A stretch of DNA of 64,000 nucleotides from contig NIVC01002918.1 of the NCBI GenBank assembly GCA_002269645.1, positions 1 to 64,000 of the forward strand, in the 5' to 3' direction. This DNA is from Macrostomum lignano. Taxonomy: Eukaryota. Position 1 is the stretch's first letter. Each line of letters begins with the position of its first letter. Positions 50,982 to 61,416 of this stretch are shown one piece after another. Below the pieces are notes generated by a model, which saw only the letters and a list, made by a program, of their open reading frames with translations, did not search any database and had not been told where the DNA came from. Position numbers and translations under genes: made by a program.

Positions 50982-52346
50982 TTCTTCTTCTTCTTCTTTG
51001 GAGCGCCTCCGTTCCGGCTAGGCCGATCTGGAGGGGGCGTGGATCCCGAGGGGAGCCGCCCCATGCTGCGTAGTAGTCTGACGATGGCCTCCGGGGACCC
51101 CATCAGGTCGCCCGGGCCAGGCCGCTTCTTCTCCGGAAATGGTCACCGCGGGGGCAGTGGAGGAGCAGATGCTCAGCCGAGTCCTCCGCGCCACACTCGG
51201 GGCAGGCGGGGGACTGTTCCAAGCCCAGGCGGTGTCTGGTGCTAAAGTTGATGGTGCTGGCGCCGGACCGAAGCTGGTTGACCAGGACCTGGAGACGTCT
51301 AGGGAGGCTGGTCGGCGGCTGCAGTCTCGGCGGCAGGACTCTGGCGTCCAGCATTCTGCGAGAGCGACGAGCGGCTGCCCTTGCCGCGTCAAGCTCGATC
51401 GGCACCGCCTGTTGGTCGAGCCCGGCCGCGTTGGCGGCGGCGCGGTCGGCCGCCTCGTTGCCGGCGACCCCGCAGCGGGATGGCACCCAAGCGAAGTGAA
51501 CAGGGCGGTTCATGGCGATCAGGTTGAGGAGTTTACTCCAGCAGTCCGCGGCAACTGAGTTTTGCTGGCACAGGGGTCCGGCGCTGAGCGCCTGGATGGC
51601 GCTGAGGCTGTCCGTGGCGATAGTTATGGCGCCCGTGGGCGGTGCCGGGTGGCGGGCGATGTCTAAGGCCTCCCTGATGGCGCAGAGTTCTGTGGTAAAG
51701 CTGCTGCAGAGCGCGCCAGCCTGAGTCGCTCGCTGCCGCCGATGCTGAGTTCGACTCTGGTCTTGCCGCGGTTCTCGTTGGGGCACAGCGTGAAAGTGCT
51801 GTAACTGCACTTCCCAGTGCTGAGCACGAACTTGTTCTGGTCGCACCAGCGGGCCACGGAGTGCAGGGCCGGTTGCACGATGTGCCCGCAGCTTTCGAGG
51901 TCCGTATGGCGCGCCAGGATGGCCGAGTCGTCGGCATACAGACTGATCTCGGCTTCCGGCGATGCTTCCGCGATGGCAGTTGGCAGGTCGTTAACGTAGA
52001 CCAGCCAAAGCAGAGGGGCGATCACCGAGCCTTGGGGCAGGCCTTCCCGGAAGATGCGCTCTCTGCTGAGGCTATTGCCGAATCGGACGCGCGCTCTCCT
52101 GTCGCTTAGGAAGCTGTTGGTCCAGCGCAGGACGCAGGCGGGGACTCCCAGCTTCTCGAGCTTGCAGATCAGAGACTTCCGCCACACCTTGTCGTAGGCT
52201 CTGCTGAAGTCGAGTAAACAGAGGATCGCTCTAAGCGCAGGAGTCTCTTCCAGCCCGTCAAAGATAAGCTGGGCGATGCGGGCGATCTGCTCTTCGCACG
52301 AGGAAACCAGCTTGGACTTTGCTGAGAGTGCCCTTGGATTCCAGCA
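50982..52346 (-). mobile_element. 5'-truncated non-LTR element B (RT domains + partial RNase H + CCHC, (GAA)n tail), 11-bp TSD
   Basis: LDFSRAYDKVW, GLPQGSVIAP, YADD; internal deletion to TELCAI..IATDS..WVPSRCGVAGNEAAD; CPECGAEDSAEHLLLHC. GGAACTGCTGC is duplicated at 50971-50981 and 52347-52357. Confidence 0.92.
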
Positions 52347-52359
52347 GGAACTGCTGCTG

Positions 52360-53754
52360 CTTCTTCTTCTTCTTCTTCTACGCAGCCCCCGCGTCGCCGC
52401 TGTCCGGCGGCTGGGGGGGGGCGACCTGCAGGCCGCCCCATCATCCTCAGATACCGGCAGATTCCGCCCGCGTCGTTGAGGTCGAGAGGGTGAGCAAGGC
52501 GGGCGGAGTCTCCGCGTGGACACTGCTGCAGGAGGTGCTCTTCTGTGTCTTCGTCTCCGCAGTCCGGACAGAGCGGAGTCTCGGTAAGGCCGATACGGTA
52601 GCGGGTGGGCGCGCAGGCTGTGCTGCAGCCGGCCCTCAATTGGCAAACCGCCACCGTCTCGCCACGAGTCAGGCCGCCGTAGCGCTTCCAGGGCGAGCTA
52701 CGATTCGAGAGCTTGAGATCGAGGTGTCGCCTGGCTCGTTTGATGGCAGCCCTGGCGGCTTCGAAGGCGATGGGCTGGTCCTGCGTCAGGTCCGAAGCCC
52801 GGTTCGCCGTCTTGTCGGCTCTTTCGTTGCCATCGACGCCGACGTGGGCCGGCACCCAGGTAATGCGGACCGGGCGGGCTTCTTGACTGAGCAGGCTCCA
52901 CACCAGCTGTCCCATGGGCTCGCGTTGGTCAGCTGGCCCGCGCTGCAGGGTGAGGATGCCCGCCAAGCTGTCCGTGAGAATGTCGATGCTGCCCCCGTGT
53001 GGTTGCTGGAGCTGTAGGCAGCGGCGGATGCCTAGAGCTATAGCCGCTAGCTCCGCCGTCGTGCTGCTGCAGATGGAGCCAGCGGCTGTCGTGTGTACTT
53101 CGCCCCACAGGAGGGTGTGCAGGACGGCCGCGCCACGGCCGTCCCGGTAGCCGTCCGTGGCGCTGCCGTCTGTCCAGATGACGATATCGTGTTGAGGTCT
53201 GGATTCCAGGGCGTTGATGGCTCTCTCCCGTCTGATGCTGTCCGGCACTTTGCGGCCGCAGGTGACCTGCAGGCTGGTGTCGAAGCTGACTTCGCTGGGT
53301 GACTGCCATGGCGGCTCGGGCATTGGGAAGGGGGCGCGCTTCCCCGCTGGCTCGAAGGCGTTGATGCCGAGCTCCAGTGCGGCGCGCCTCCAGCAACCAC
53401 GGAAAGGCCTGCGGTAGTCGCTCTCCAGCAGGACCCGGTCATCCACCGGGTGTTGCTCCCGTAGCCACGCCTCGTGAGCACGGGATTTCAGGCGGGGCGG
53501 GCAGGGTCTAGCGGCAGTCTGGTGCACCGGGACCTCCCCGGGCAGCCTCAGAGCCCGTTCCCGCAAGGTCGCCGCTCTCTCCAGGATCCGGTGTCCGATG
53601 GGCGGCAGGTCTGCGGCCGCGAGGAGCGCCCTGACGTTCGTGGGCTTAATGCACCCCGAGACGATCCTGGCGCAGCAGAACTGTTGCCGTTCGATGAGAA
53701 GCCTGCTGCTCGGCGCCGCAAAGGCACCCCAGATTCCGCACGCGTAGTCGGCGT
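52360..53754 (-). mobile_element. 5'-truncated non-LTR element C (RNase H with DEDD intact + CCHC, (GAA)n tail) inside a (CAG)n tract
   Basis: WTDGS, TAELAAI, LTDS, WVPAHVGVDGNERAD, CPDC..DTEEHLLQQC; (CAG)9 on the 5' side (53755-53781) and (CAG)3 on the 3' side (52351-52359). Confidence 0.92.
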
Positions 53755-54639
53755 GCTGCTGCTGCTGCTGCTGCTGCTGCTATGGAAGTCTCCGTCGGAC
53801 AAGGGTGCAGCCTGCTCGATATTTACGTCATCCTCGACGTCACCCCGATGATCTCCGTCTCCATTATCATCCAACCATCCTGCCTCCTCTAACAGCACAT
53901 TGGGGAATCCGTTTGCTCAACCTCCAGGTGGATAGTCGGTTCTGCAGCACCGTGGTCTTCTACGGGGATCTCATTTTAGGTCGGCATCAGCAGCTTTGCG
54001 CTCCCTGCGCCGATAAACCTTCCACTGGGCCGCCCTGTCAGCCATAATAGCGTTGCAGACATTTTCGGACAAGTATTTTGTGATGAGGTGCTTGTTAAAT
54101 AAATAGACTCCTACTCTAAACTGCCAGTGTTCGTACAACAACTACTAGCTACATTGACTGAAAAGGGTATAAAAATAATTGAGACGACGATACACGAGAA
54201 TTTAAAAATCCACATGCAGTCCAAAAACGTGCGTACATACTTGTGTATACACGTGTATATACTTGCAATCTTACAGTGGGAACCAAGAACCACCAGAACT
54301 CTGTTGAATCAGGAGGTAAAACTCTTAATTGTTGCACATTTTTGAAGGCTCGCTCGTTTACGTGTGTACTCATGCGTTGTCGAGGCTTTAATTCCTGTTA
54401 AATCTACATCATTCTAGTGGTCCTTGGTTCATACTGCTATATAACCCTGGCGTCCACCGGCGTCACATACTCATGAACGGAGGTAGCATCTATTCCTCAT
54501 TTGAACGGATGTAGCAGTTAAATAATATTCTCATCCAAGATATTCACTCATGAACGGAGGTAGCAGCTATTGCTCATTTGGAGTACATGATATTTGGAGT
54601 ACGCTGTCTAGCAAGGCAGACCAGTTAATCGGATTCGGG

Positions 54640-54783
54640 CCTTGGCGGAGAGGCAGTGGGTGGCTCAAGGCGCCATTAACATTAACGCGGGCGGAGCGGT
54701 CGCAAAGGAAGGCAAAGCACCATCTGACCAGGGGGCCGGGGCCTGGAGGTCCAGCATGATGTGGACGAGCATTTGCCTCCACA
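54640..54783 (-). mobile_element. Non-LTR RT fragment D starting directly after a (CAG)4 tract
   Basis: VWRQMLVHIMLDLQAPAP/LVRWCFAFLCDRSARVNVNGALSHPLPLRQG corresponds to the RT domain 3-4 region. Confidence 0.7.
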
Positions 54784-55128
54784 CTGCTGCTGCTGCTATG
54801 GAAGTCTCCGTCGGACAAGGGTGCAGCCTGCTCGTTATTTACGTCATCCTCGACGCACCCCGATGGTCTCCGTCTCCATCATCATCCGACCATCCTGCCT
54901 CCTCTAACAGCACATCGGGGGAATCCATCTACTCAACCTCCATATGGACAGTCGGTTCAGCAGTACCGTGGTCTTCAACAGGGACACCAGCCGCCTTATT
55001 TTGGGCGTCCTGTCGCTGTTAAGCGAGACGCTCACGACGCCTCCGTTGGCGAAGTGGGTCACCGCGACGCAACCGTCCTGTTGGGTCGGCATCGGCGTCT
55101 TTTGCCAAGCGAGAAAGCGGCACCTGTT
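54784..55128 (-). pseudogene. Duplicate of the CACTA-like transposase N-terminal exon
   Basis: Highly similar to 53782-53960; acceptor TTTTCTTAACAG near 55128; internal stops. Confidence 0.75.
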
Positions 55129-57453
55129 AAGAAAATAAAAATAACTAGTCTTTGTTGCAGTAAATTAAATAATAAGAGCGAAGTGAGTGGCGCAGGGCCC
55201 AAACTAGTATATTTATTTGTTGTATCCCTGCAGCCCCCGGCCCGGCAGTAGGGTGGTCCTACAGGGTACAGTATCGTGTACAAGTGGTCCTTGCTTAGCC
55301 TGCGCGCGGGCGCTAAGGCGAGCACTTCCCCGGACAGTCTGGGGCGTCAGGACGCACCCACGCAGCCTTCCCACGCGTCGGGACGCAGTGGTGCGGGCCG
55401 CCTTCAGAGAGGCGTCGGGACGCACTGGCTGGCGTAGAGGCGTAGAGACGTACGGTAGGTATCCTTCCGACGTCTCCCTCCCAACTAGCTGAGTCGGCGT
55501 CTGGACACACGGACTCTCTGCTCCCCCCCTAGGCAACCGAAAGAAGGAAGGCAGAATGCACACTTACTCAGCTGGCGGCTGTCGCTCAGGACCGGTGCGG
55601 GTAGGTGGCCTTATCGATATATTTCTATTTCAAGTAATCGTAGCACGATCGTAACTATGGCTGTCTAGCGCCGTCGGAAAGCAGGTTTCACGGAGAGGTG
55701 AATGGCCGAGACGCGCACCGCTCCAACCCGCCGCGAGCGATGTTAAATAGCACACGCCCGCGGAGGGGGGAGGGCCACGCGCTCTCCACCCCACCACTTC
55801 ACCAACCCCCCCCAGCCAACCCCCCCGGGGACGGCAGCCCCAAGCCCGCCGCCGGACCAGCCAATCACTACGCGACTAGCTGGCCGCGACCAATCGCCGC
55901 GCAGGGCGAGCGAACAAATTCCAAAACTCAAACCGACTTAAGCCTCTGGCTGCGGCAACGCAAAAAGGGGGGGAATAACAAAAAACCCGTAGGCCAACAG
56001 GTGACTCAGCCCGCCGGGGCTAGGTGCACAGGCACCGCAAAAGTGCACAACACAACATATTATTATAACTTAGGGGGTTAAGTCCAGAAAAAAAGGAGGG
56101 GTGGAGTGGACTAAAGAGAGGCGAGAATGGAGAGCAGATCAGAAGGCGGCGAGGAAGAGATAAGAATATCAAGATTGCACTAGACAGAGAAAGAGAGAAA
56201 ACAGAGCATAGGCGTAGGAAGGTTTCAAAAAGCATGGCCTTACTGCCCCCCCCCCTGTTCTCCAGGAAAAATTCCCTTTATTTGACATACTAAATCATTG
56301 ATTAGTTATATTAAACAAAGTAATATCTAGCTACTGCTATCATACTACTGCTCCTCCAGCAAACGATCAGAATCCGGCGTACGTCTTGAATGACGAAGTA
56401 GCAGCCTGTCGATTAGCCATCGCAGTGCTAGAAGCTGCATTTGGCAACTGCGTGGCCCAACCCACCAAAGTGTCGTGGATTCCAAGACAGTCCTATCTAC
56501 ACAAAAATCTCTTTCAGGTCTAGCAGCTGTACGTCTTATACTTTGCCTGAAGGGACCCGAAAGCTGCAACTTTCTCCAAGGTTTCGACCTCTTCCTTTCC
56601 TGACCGGCTCATTCCTAATGTCACGTGCGACACCATTTAGACCTCGCAGTCTGCCGGTTTCGCTCTGTAGAAACGTGAACAGCCGCTTTCGTCGACCCGA
56701 ATCCACGACTTTTGTGAGTCGGAGTGGATAGAGGGCATTGAATGGATTTAGCCGATCAGGTGAATTTTCCCTGGGATGGAGAACTCGCGCAGCTCATACA
56801 CGCACATGTAATTTGCCGTTTCTAGGTAGAGGTACGACTCCTTGTTGCGACTGACTCAATTGAGATCGCCAACTCGAAAGCGTCTTCAGCCGAGCAGCCT
56901 TAATAATAAAATTTATAACGCTGGGGTTACTTTTTGCTCGTGAGAGTTCTGTGTTCTGCTGCTCATTCTAAATCATCAATACAAAGCATTATACGCTCGT
57001 AATGAATACAGAAAAATAAACTCCCAATCACAATATACTAAATACTAATACTAATTGGAAACAACTTTTACGTCAGAAAATTTTTATTCATGTAATTATT
57101 ATTAGTCTCAAAGTATGTAGACAAGTGTAAATCATGAAGGGTTGCTGAGTTAGTTATGCAAATTTACATGTATGTGTAACAGTTTAAATTAACCCTATAA
57201 AGTAATTTAGAACATAGGACCGTATAGTGCGAGAAATAGTAGAAAGAATGTGCATAGAGATAATTGTCAGCATCAAATTATGAAGTCGTTTCTATCACCA
57301 GACTTTTAAAAATCGCATGGGAAAACGAAAAGGCAGCTGAAACGTTTTGATAAAATTTAAATTTATCAAACAGATAAACAATAATCGGATCCAACAGATC
57401 AAAAAGTTCTTCATAGCCTTCCAAAACGGCATGTAGGCGCCAGCCAACATTGT

Positions 57454-57510
57454 CTATTCGATGCCGTGCATCCTCATCCTGGCCTCCAATTCAGCAAGCT
57501 TTGCCTTCTG
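57454..57510 (-). pseudogene. Fragment homologous to the C-terminus of the 60-kb ORF
   Basis: [18 protein letters not shown] vs QRAEIAELENKMRIHGIK. Confidence 0.55.
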
Positions 57511-58212
57511 AGGTCCAACGAGGGGTCGGTGCGCTCGTCTGGCCGCTGGCTTTTTCGGTCAGGGCCAGCCGAGGTTTTCTCATCGCGCCTGCGACGGGTG
57601 ACGACCTGAAAGCCGTCATTTTGAGATGCCCGTGCAGCGGGGTGGAGGTAGACGCACCTGAACGAGGTGCGGGGGTTTCCGAGGGGTTCGCGGCAGAGTC
57701 AACCTCCCTGTTGGAGGGTTGGGGGATTGACGGACCCCCGGCCCCGGGAATTGTCGGCTCCCGAGCCGCGTCAGGTTTTGAATTATCTATGCAGAGTAGT
57801 CTGGAAAAGAAAACCTGAAATGTAGAAAATTGGGAGGGTGGTAACCGCTCGGGGACTGGATATACCCCCAGCCAGCTCCGTGGAGCTACCCTCTGCCACG
57901 GTAAACAGCAGAGAAGCTTTGGGTTGCCGTCTTAACCCAGGATTGCTCCCAGGCGAGGCTCCGGTCCACACTCTGCAAGATCAGGGGCGGGAGGCCGGCT
58001 GCGGGCTTGGGACACAGGCGCCAGGTCGGATTGACAGCCAACGCCCGAGCTCTCCCCCACAGGAGCGGCCCTGGAGAACCTGTGTGGTATCAGTTGCAAC
58101 TATAGGCTGTCGATGGGTAGTTGGCGCTTAGCCAGCAGCCAACTACTTAGCAGCCACCTGCCTTGCATAAAGGCAGCAGGGGGGATTCGTCCTCCACCAG
58201 CAGACCAAAACG

Positions 58213-58626
58213 AGGAAAATGAATCCGAAAATCAACATTGTGTGAGTAACGACGCGTTTCGCACTCCTAGGTGCATCTTCGGGTTTATTTTTTCAACAAC
58301 GAAATTAAACAGGTTTTGCGAATAAATATGTGGAGTTGGTTATAGGTATATAGGTATACCTATATACCATATATATATAGGTATAGGTATAAATATAGGT
58401 ATAGGTATAGGTATAGGTATAATATATAGGTATAAACGTATAGGTATGTATAGGTATAAATATATAGGCATATAGGTAGGTATATAGGTATAGCTATAAC
58501 CAACTCCACATATTTATTCGCAAAACCTGTTTAATTTCGTTGTTGAAAAAATAAACCCGAAGATGCACCTAGGAGTGCGAAACGCGTCGTTACTCACACA
58601 ATGTTGATTTTCGGATTCATTTTCCT
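58213..58626. repeat. Perfect 133-bp inverted repeat around a (TATAGG)n spacer; each arm carries a hammerhead-like core
   Basis: 58213-58345 is the reverse complement of 58494-58626. Arm: AAC-CCGAAGA-T-GCAC(CTAGGA)GTGC-GAAA-CGCG-TC-GTT. Confidence 0.9.
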
Positions 58627-58880
58627 TTTACTAGCCAAGCGAGCTACACTACCCAAAACGAGGAAGCTGGCCGCTTCCACGCCAGGCCTAAGCGAAGGAG
58701 GACGAGAAAAGCCTCCTCGGAAACGAAAACTGGCGGATGTCACAGAGTCCCTCGGTTTAAATTGCCATTTGCCCCCCTTGCTGGTTTCTTGCTGGTATCA
58801 AAAAATGCAATTTTGCTTTTGCATATTTTGCATTGCATTTTCACAGTACACTGTTTGATATCTAATATGTTTATAATATT

Positions 58881-59137
58881 CTCCAGCTCACATCTTTAGC
58901 TCACATCTCCAGCTCACATCTCCAGCTCACATCTCCAGCTCACATCTCCAGCTCAAATCTCCAGCTCACATCTCCAGCTCACATCTCCAGCTCAAATCTC
59001 CAGCTTACATCTCCAGCTCACATCTCCAGCTCAAATCTCCAGCTCACATCTCCAGCTCACATCTCCAGCTCACATCTCCAGCTCACATCTCCAGCTCAAA
59101 TCTCCAGCTTACATCTCCAGCTCACATCTCCAGCTCA
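58881..59137. repeat. 13-bp tandem repeat (CTCCAGCTCACAT) ~x20
   Basis: Direct reading. Confidence 0.95.
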
Positions 59138-60047
59138 CTTCCGATATTCACACTGTTGTACCATAAGCGAACTATAGCTCTCCTTGGGTGATCGCCAATG
59201 CACTGAGGAATCGCCTGGTGGTCCTTGGTTCGATCTGTCGTTGCTCTTCTCAATTGGGCAATTTGGGGAAGGCAGAGAATTTTTGAACCAACACGCAACC
59301 AACAGCTCTTGATGAGGGAGTGTCACTTCAGCCTCTCCTGACTGCTCGCAGGGTCTCAGTCAGCCCTGTGTTGGTACAATGACCTATTTGTCTTAGATGC
59401 CGTCTCCTGGGTGTCTCGGACCTCCTGGATAAAAGCACAGCTAAAAGTAAAATGTGCAGCTCGAGGTTCCCTGTTGAAACAGCAGGGAAGAAAACTCTGG
59501 GTTTTCCATATGAGCCCATTTTTAAAAAATTGGATTTCGAAGTTTAATATTTCTCTATTTTTATGTTTAATAACATATTTTAGTGGTTTGTCAAGTTTTG
59601 GTCAATAGTATTTGAGTGAGTTAAAAAAGCTACGAAATAGAAAGTGCCAATTCATGTGAGCATTTTTACTCACAGTTTAGATAAAAAGGTGGACCAGGTC
59701 AGCTTCCAGGCACTTATACAAGATTTGTGTCGAGTACGAGAGAAATTTAAATTGTTGAAGGTTATTAAACTCTTAGAGATCTAAACATTTGGAAACAGAG
59801 AATTTAATATACCTTAGTAATTGGATGGAGTTGACTAGGATACATAGTGATGTACCATTTTAAGTAGTCGCCAGAGTAAATTGACAGCTTTTTGAGACAG
59901 TGATGAATATATAGTTTTAACAATAAAAATACGGGAAACGAGGAAAATAAATTCAATAAATAATTAAATCAATAATTTTCAGTATTCCGTGATAGTTGTA
60001 AGTAAGTAAAGTAAATAAAGTAAGTATTGTAAATAAAGCTAGTTAGT

Positions 60048-61109
60048 TTAGTTAAATAATGTTGCGTAGGAATGTTCCATCCATTTGATGCCGTGAATCC
60101 TCATCTTGTTCTCCAACTCGGCGATCTCTGCCCTCTGCTCATCGAGCTGCTCCTGCAGCAGAGCGATGCGGTCGTCCTTCTCCAGGTCTTTGCGAAAGAA
60201 TTCCAGTGCGGTCTGCAGCGCTTCGATCGCCTTCTTGTCCAGCTGGATGGTTTCGGCTTTGTCTCCGCTGCTCTTCAGCTGCTTGGCGATGACTTCCAGT
60301 TGGTTTGAGTCGTCTCTGAAGCCTCTGGCCAGCTCACGCATCGCCTTCACGTCGACCACAGTGTTCCTCGCCACCACACCGGCCCCAACCACACAACCAG
60401 CAGCGGCAATCCAGGCGAGTCCGCCGGTGAAGAAGCCGAGAGCCGCGAGCCCGATCGCTCCGAGCGCCAGGCCGGTAGTCGCTGCCGCTCCCCTGTTTCT
60501 CGTGCTGTTCGCTTTCTTCTCCAGCTCATCCGCTTTCTGCTTCAGCTTATCAGTGAGTTTCGTGGCGATTTGCTGTGCTTTGAGCAAGTGGCCGATGAAG
60601 TCATCGAATGCGGCTGAGAAGTCGCTTGCCATTTTATGAGTAGATATGAGAATCTCACAGAACTCCTTGACTAGTTCTGGAGGGACGCTGCTCTTGATTT
60701 TTGTTGTCACGAATCTCTCGAACACTTGGATCTCTTTCCCGAATTTCTGGAGCCAGACTTCCAGCTTGGATCTGGAGTTCCGAACTTCTACCAGCTGCAG
60801 CTTCAGTTCCTTCAGCTGCGGCTCATTGGGCAGGTCGAGTTGCTCCACCACGCCGGCGTGCTTCTTCGTTTGCTCGATAACTCTGTACAGCTCGGTTCTA
60901 TCGTCTTGGAGCGACTTCATCGTTTTGACAGCCTTGCTGATGCCGCTCAGGACGTCGCTGATCTCTCCCAGCTTCTCAGCCATGACTCCGATGTCTACTG
61001 CTTGTGGTCCACCGTATTCTATGGAAACAGCTCTACCTATAGCCTTAGCAAATCTTCTCAGAAGTTTAAACAGGTAAATCTGAGACAATGGTTTTCCAGC
61101 AGGTACCAA
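60048..61109 (-). CDS. Intact intronless helical coiled-coil protein with a central ~40-aa Gly/Ala hydrophobic hairpin (alpha-PFT/APOL-like architecture); alternative start at ATG 60983
   Basis: 353-aa ORF with strongly C/G-ending codons, amphipathic heptads, and segment GAAATTGLALGAIGLAALGFFTGGLAWIAAAGCVVGAGVVA. Confidence 0.8.
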   Translation of the reverse strand: MVPAGKPLSQIYLFKLLRRFAKAIGRAVSIEYGGPQAVDIGVMAEKLGEISDVLSGISKAVKTMKSLQDDRTELYRVIEQTKKHAGVVEQLDLPNEPQLKELKLQLVEVRNSRSKLEVWLQKFGKEIQVFERFVTTKIKSSVPPELVKEFCEILISTHKMASDFSAAFDDFIGHLLKAQQIATKLTDKLKQKADELEKKANSTRNRGAAATTGLALGAIGLAALGFFTGGLAWIAAAGCVVGAGVVARNTVVDVKAMRELARGFRDDSNQLEVIAKQLKSSGDKAETIQLDKKAIEALQTALEFFRKDLEKDDRIALLQEQLDEQRAEIAELENKMRIHGIKWMEHSYATLFN

Positions 61110-61416
61110 GAGGAAGCAGACTTAATTGGGAATGTAAAAAGATTATCAAAATGCAGCTACTCGTATGACTGGCGCTACCCTCCTTGGCTCAGCTTATTTT
61201 GCCACTGTTCGAGTTCCTCCCGGTTTAAATGTGCATTCAAAGTTCCCTTTTCGAGACGCTCAGAGACACCACCAGTAGAGCAAAAATGACTGTTCATTTA
61301 GTTCCGTGTTTCGGTTTGGACTGAAAATGCTTGAGAGAATTGAGCAGCCAGTAGACAGCTTTCCAGGAAAGCTAACAAGTAGGAACAACTGCAGAGTTCC
61401 TATGCGTCTTTGTTTC

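Larger units (their letters stand above)
48200..54050 (-). mobile_element. Degenerate CACTA/EnSpm-like transposase gene, interrupted by three retroelement insertions
   Basis: Acidic N-terminus ...DGDFHSSSS (53782-54050) resumes after the insertions as SSSDYEAHSRLHDPGSGHTYG (50980-50890), then LILIDETLPASGCIPTSKHLL, FCLKC...CDNC, VCFDGFPV, FVMDAPQRA...KRFNAVHGC, GLKALSPL. Confidence 0.75.

Noticed and set aside
54784-54800. Empty-site paralog of the element C insertion
   Set aside because: The sequence after its CAG run is itself a non-LTR RT fragment (D), so the site is not empty.
56340-56900. Decayed coding-like stretch on the minus strand
   Set aside because: Multiple stops and no motif I can assign.
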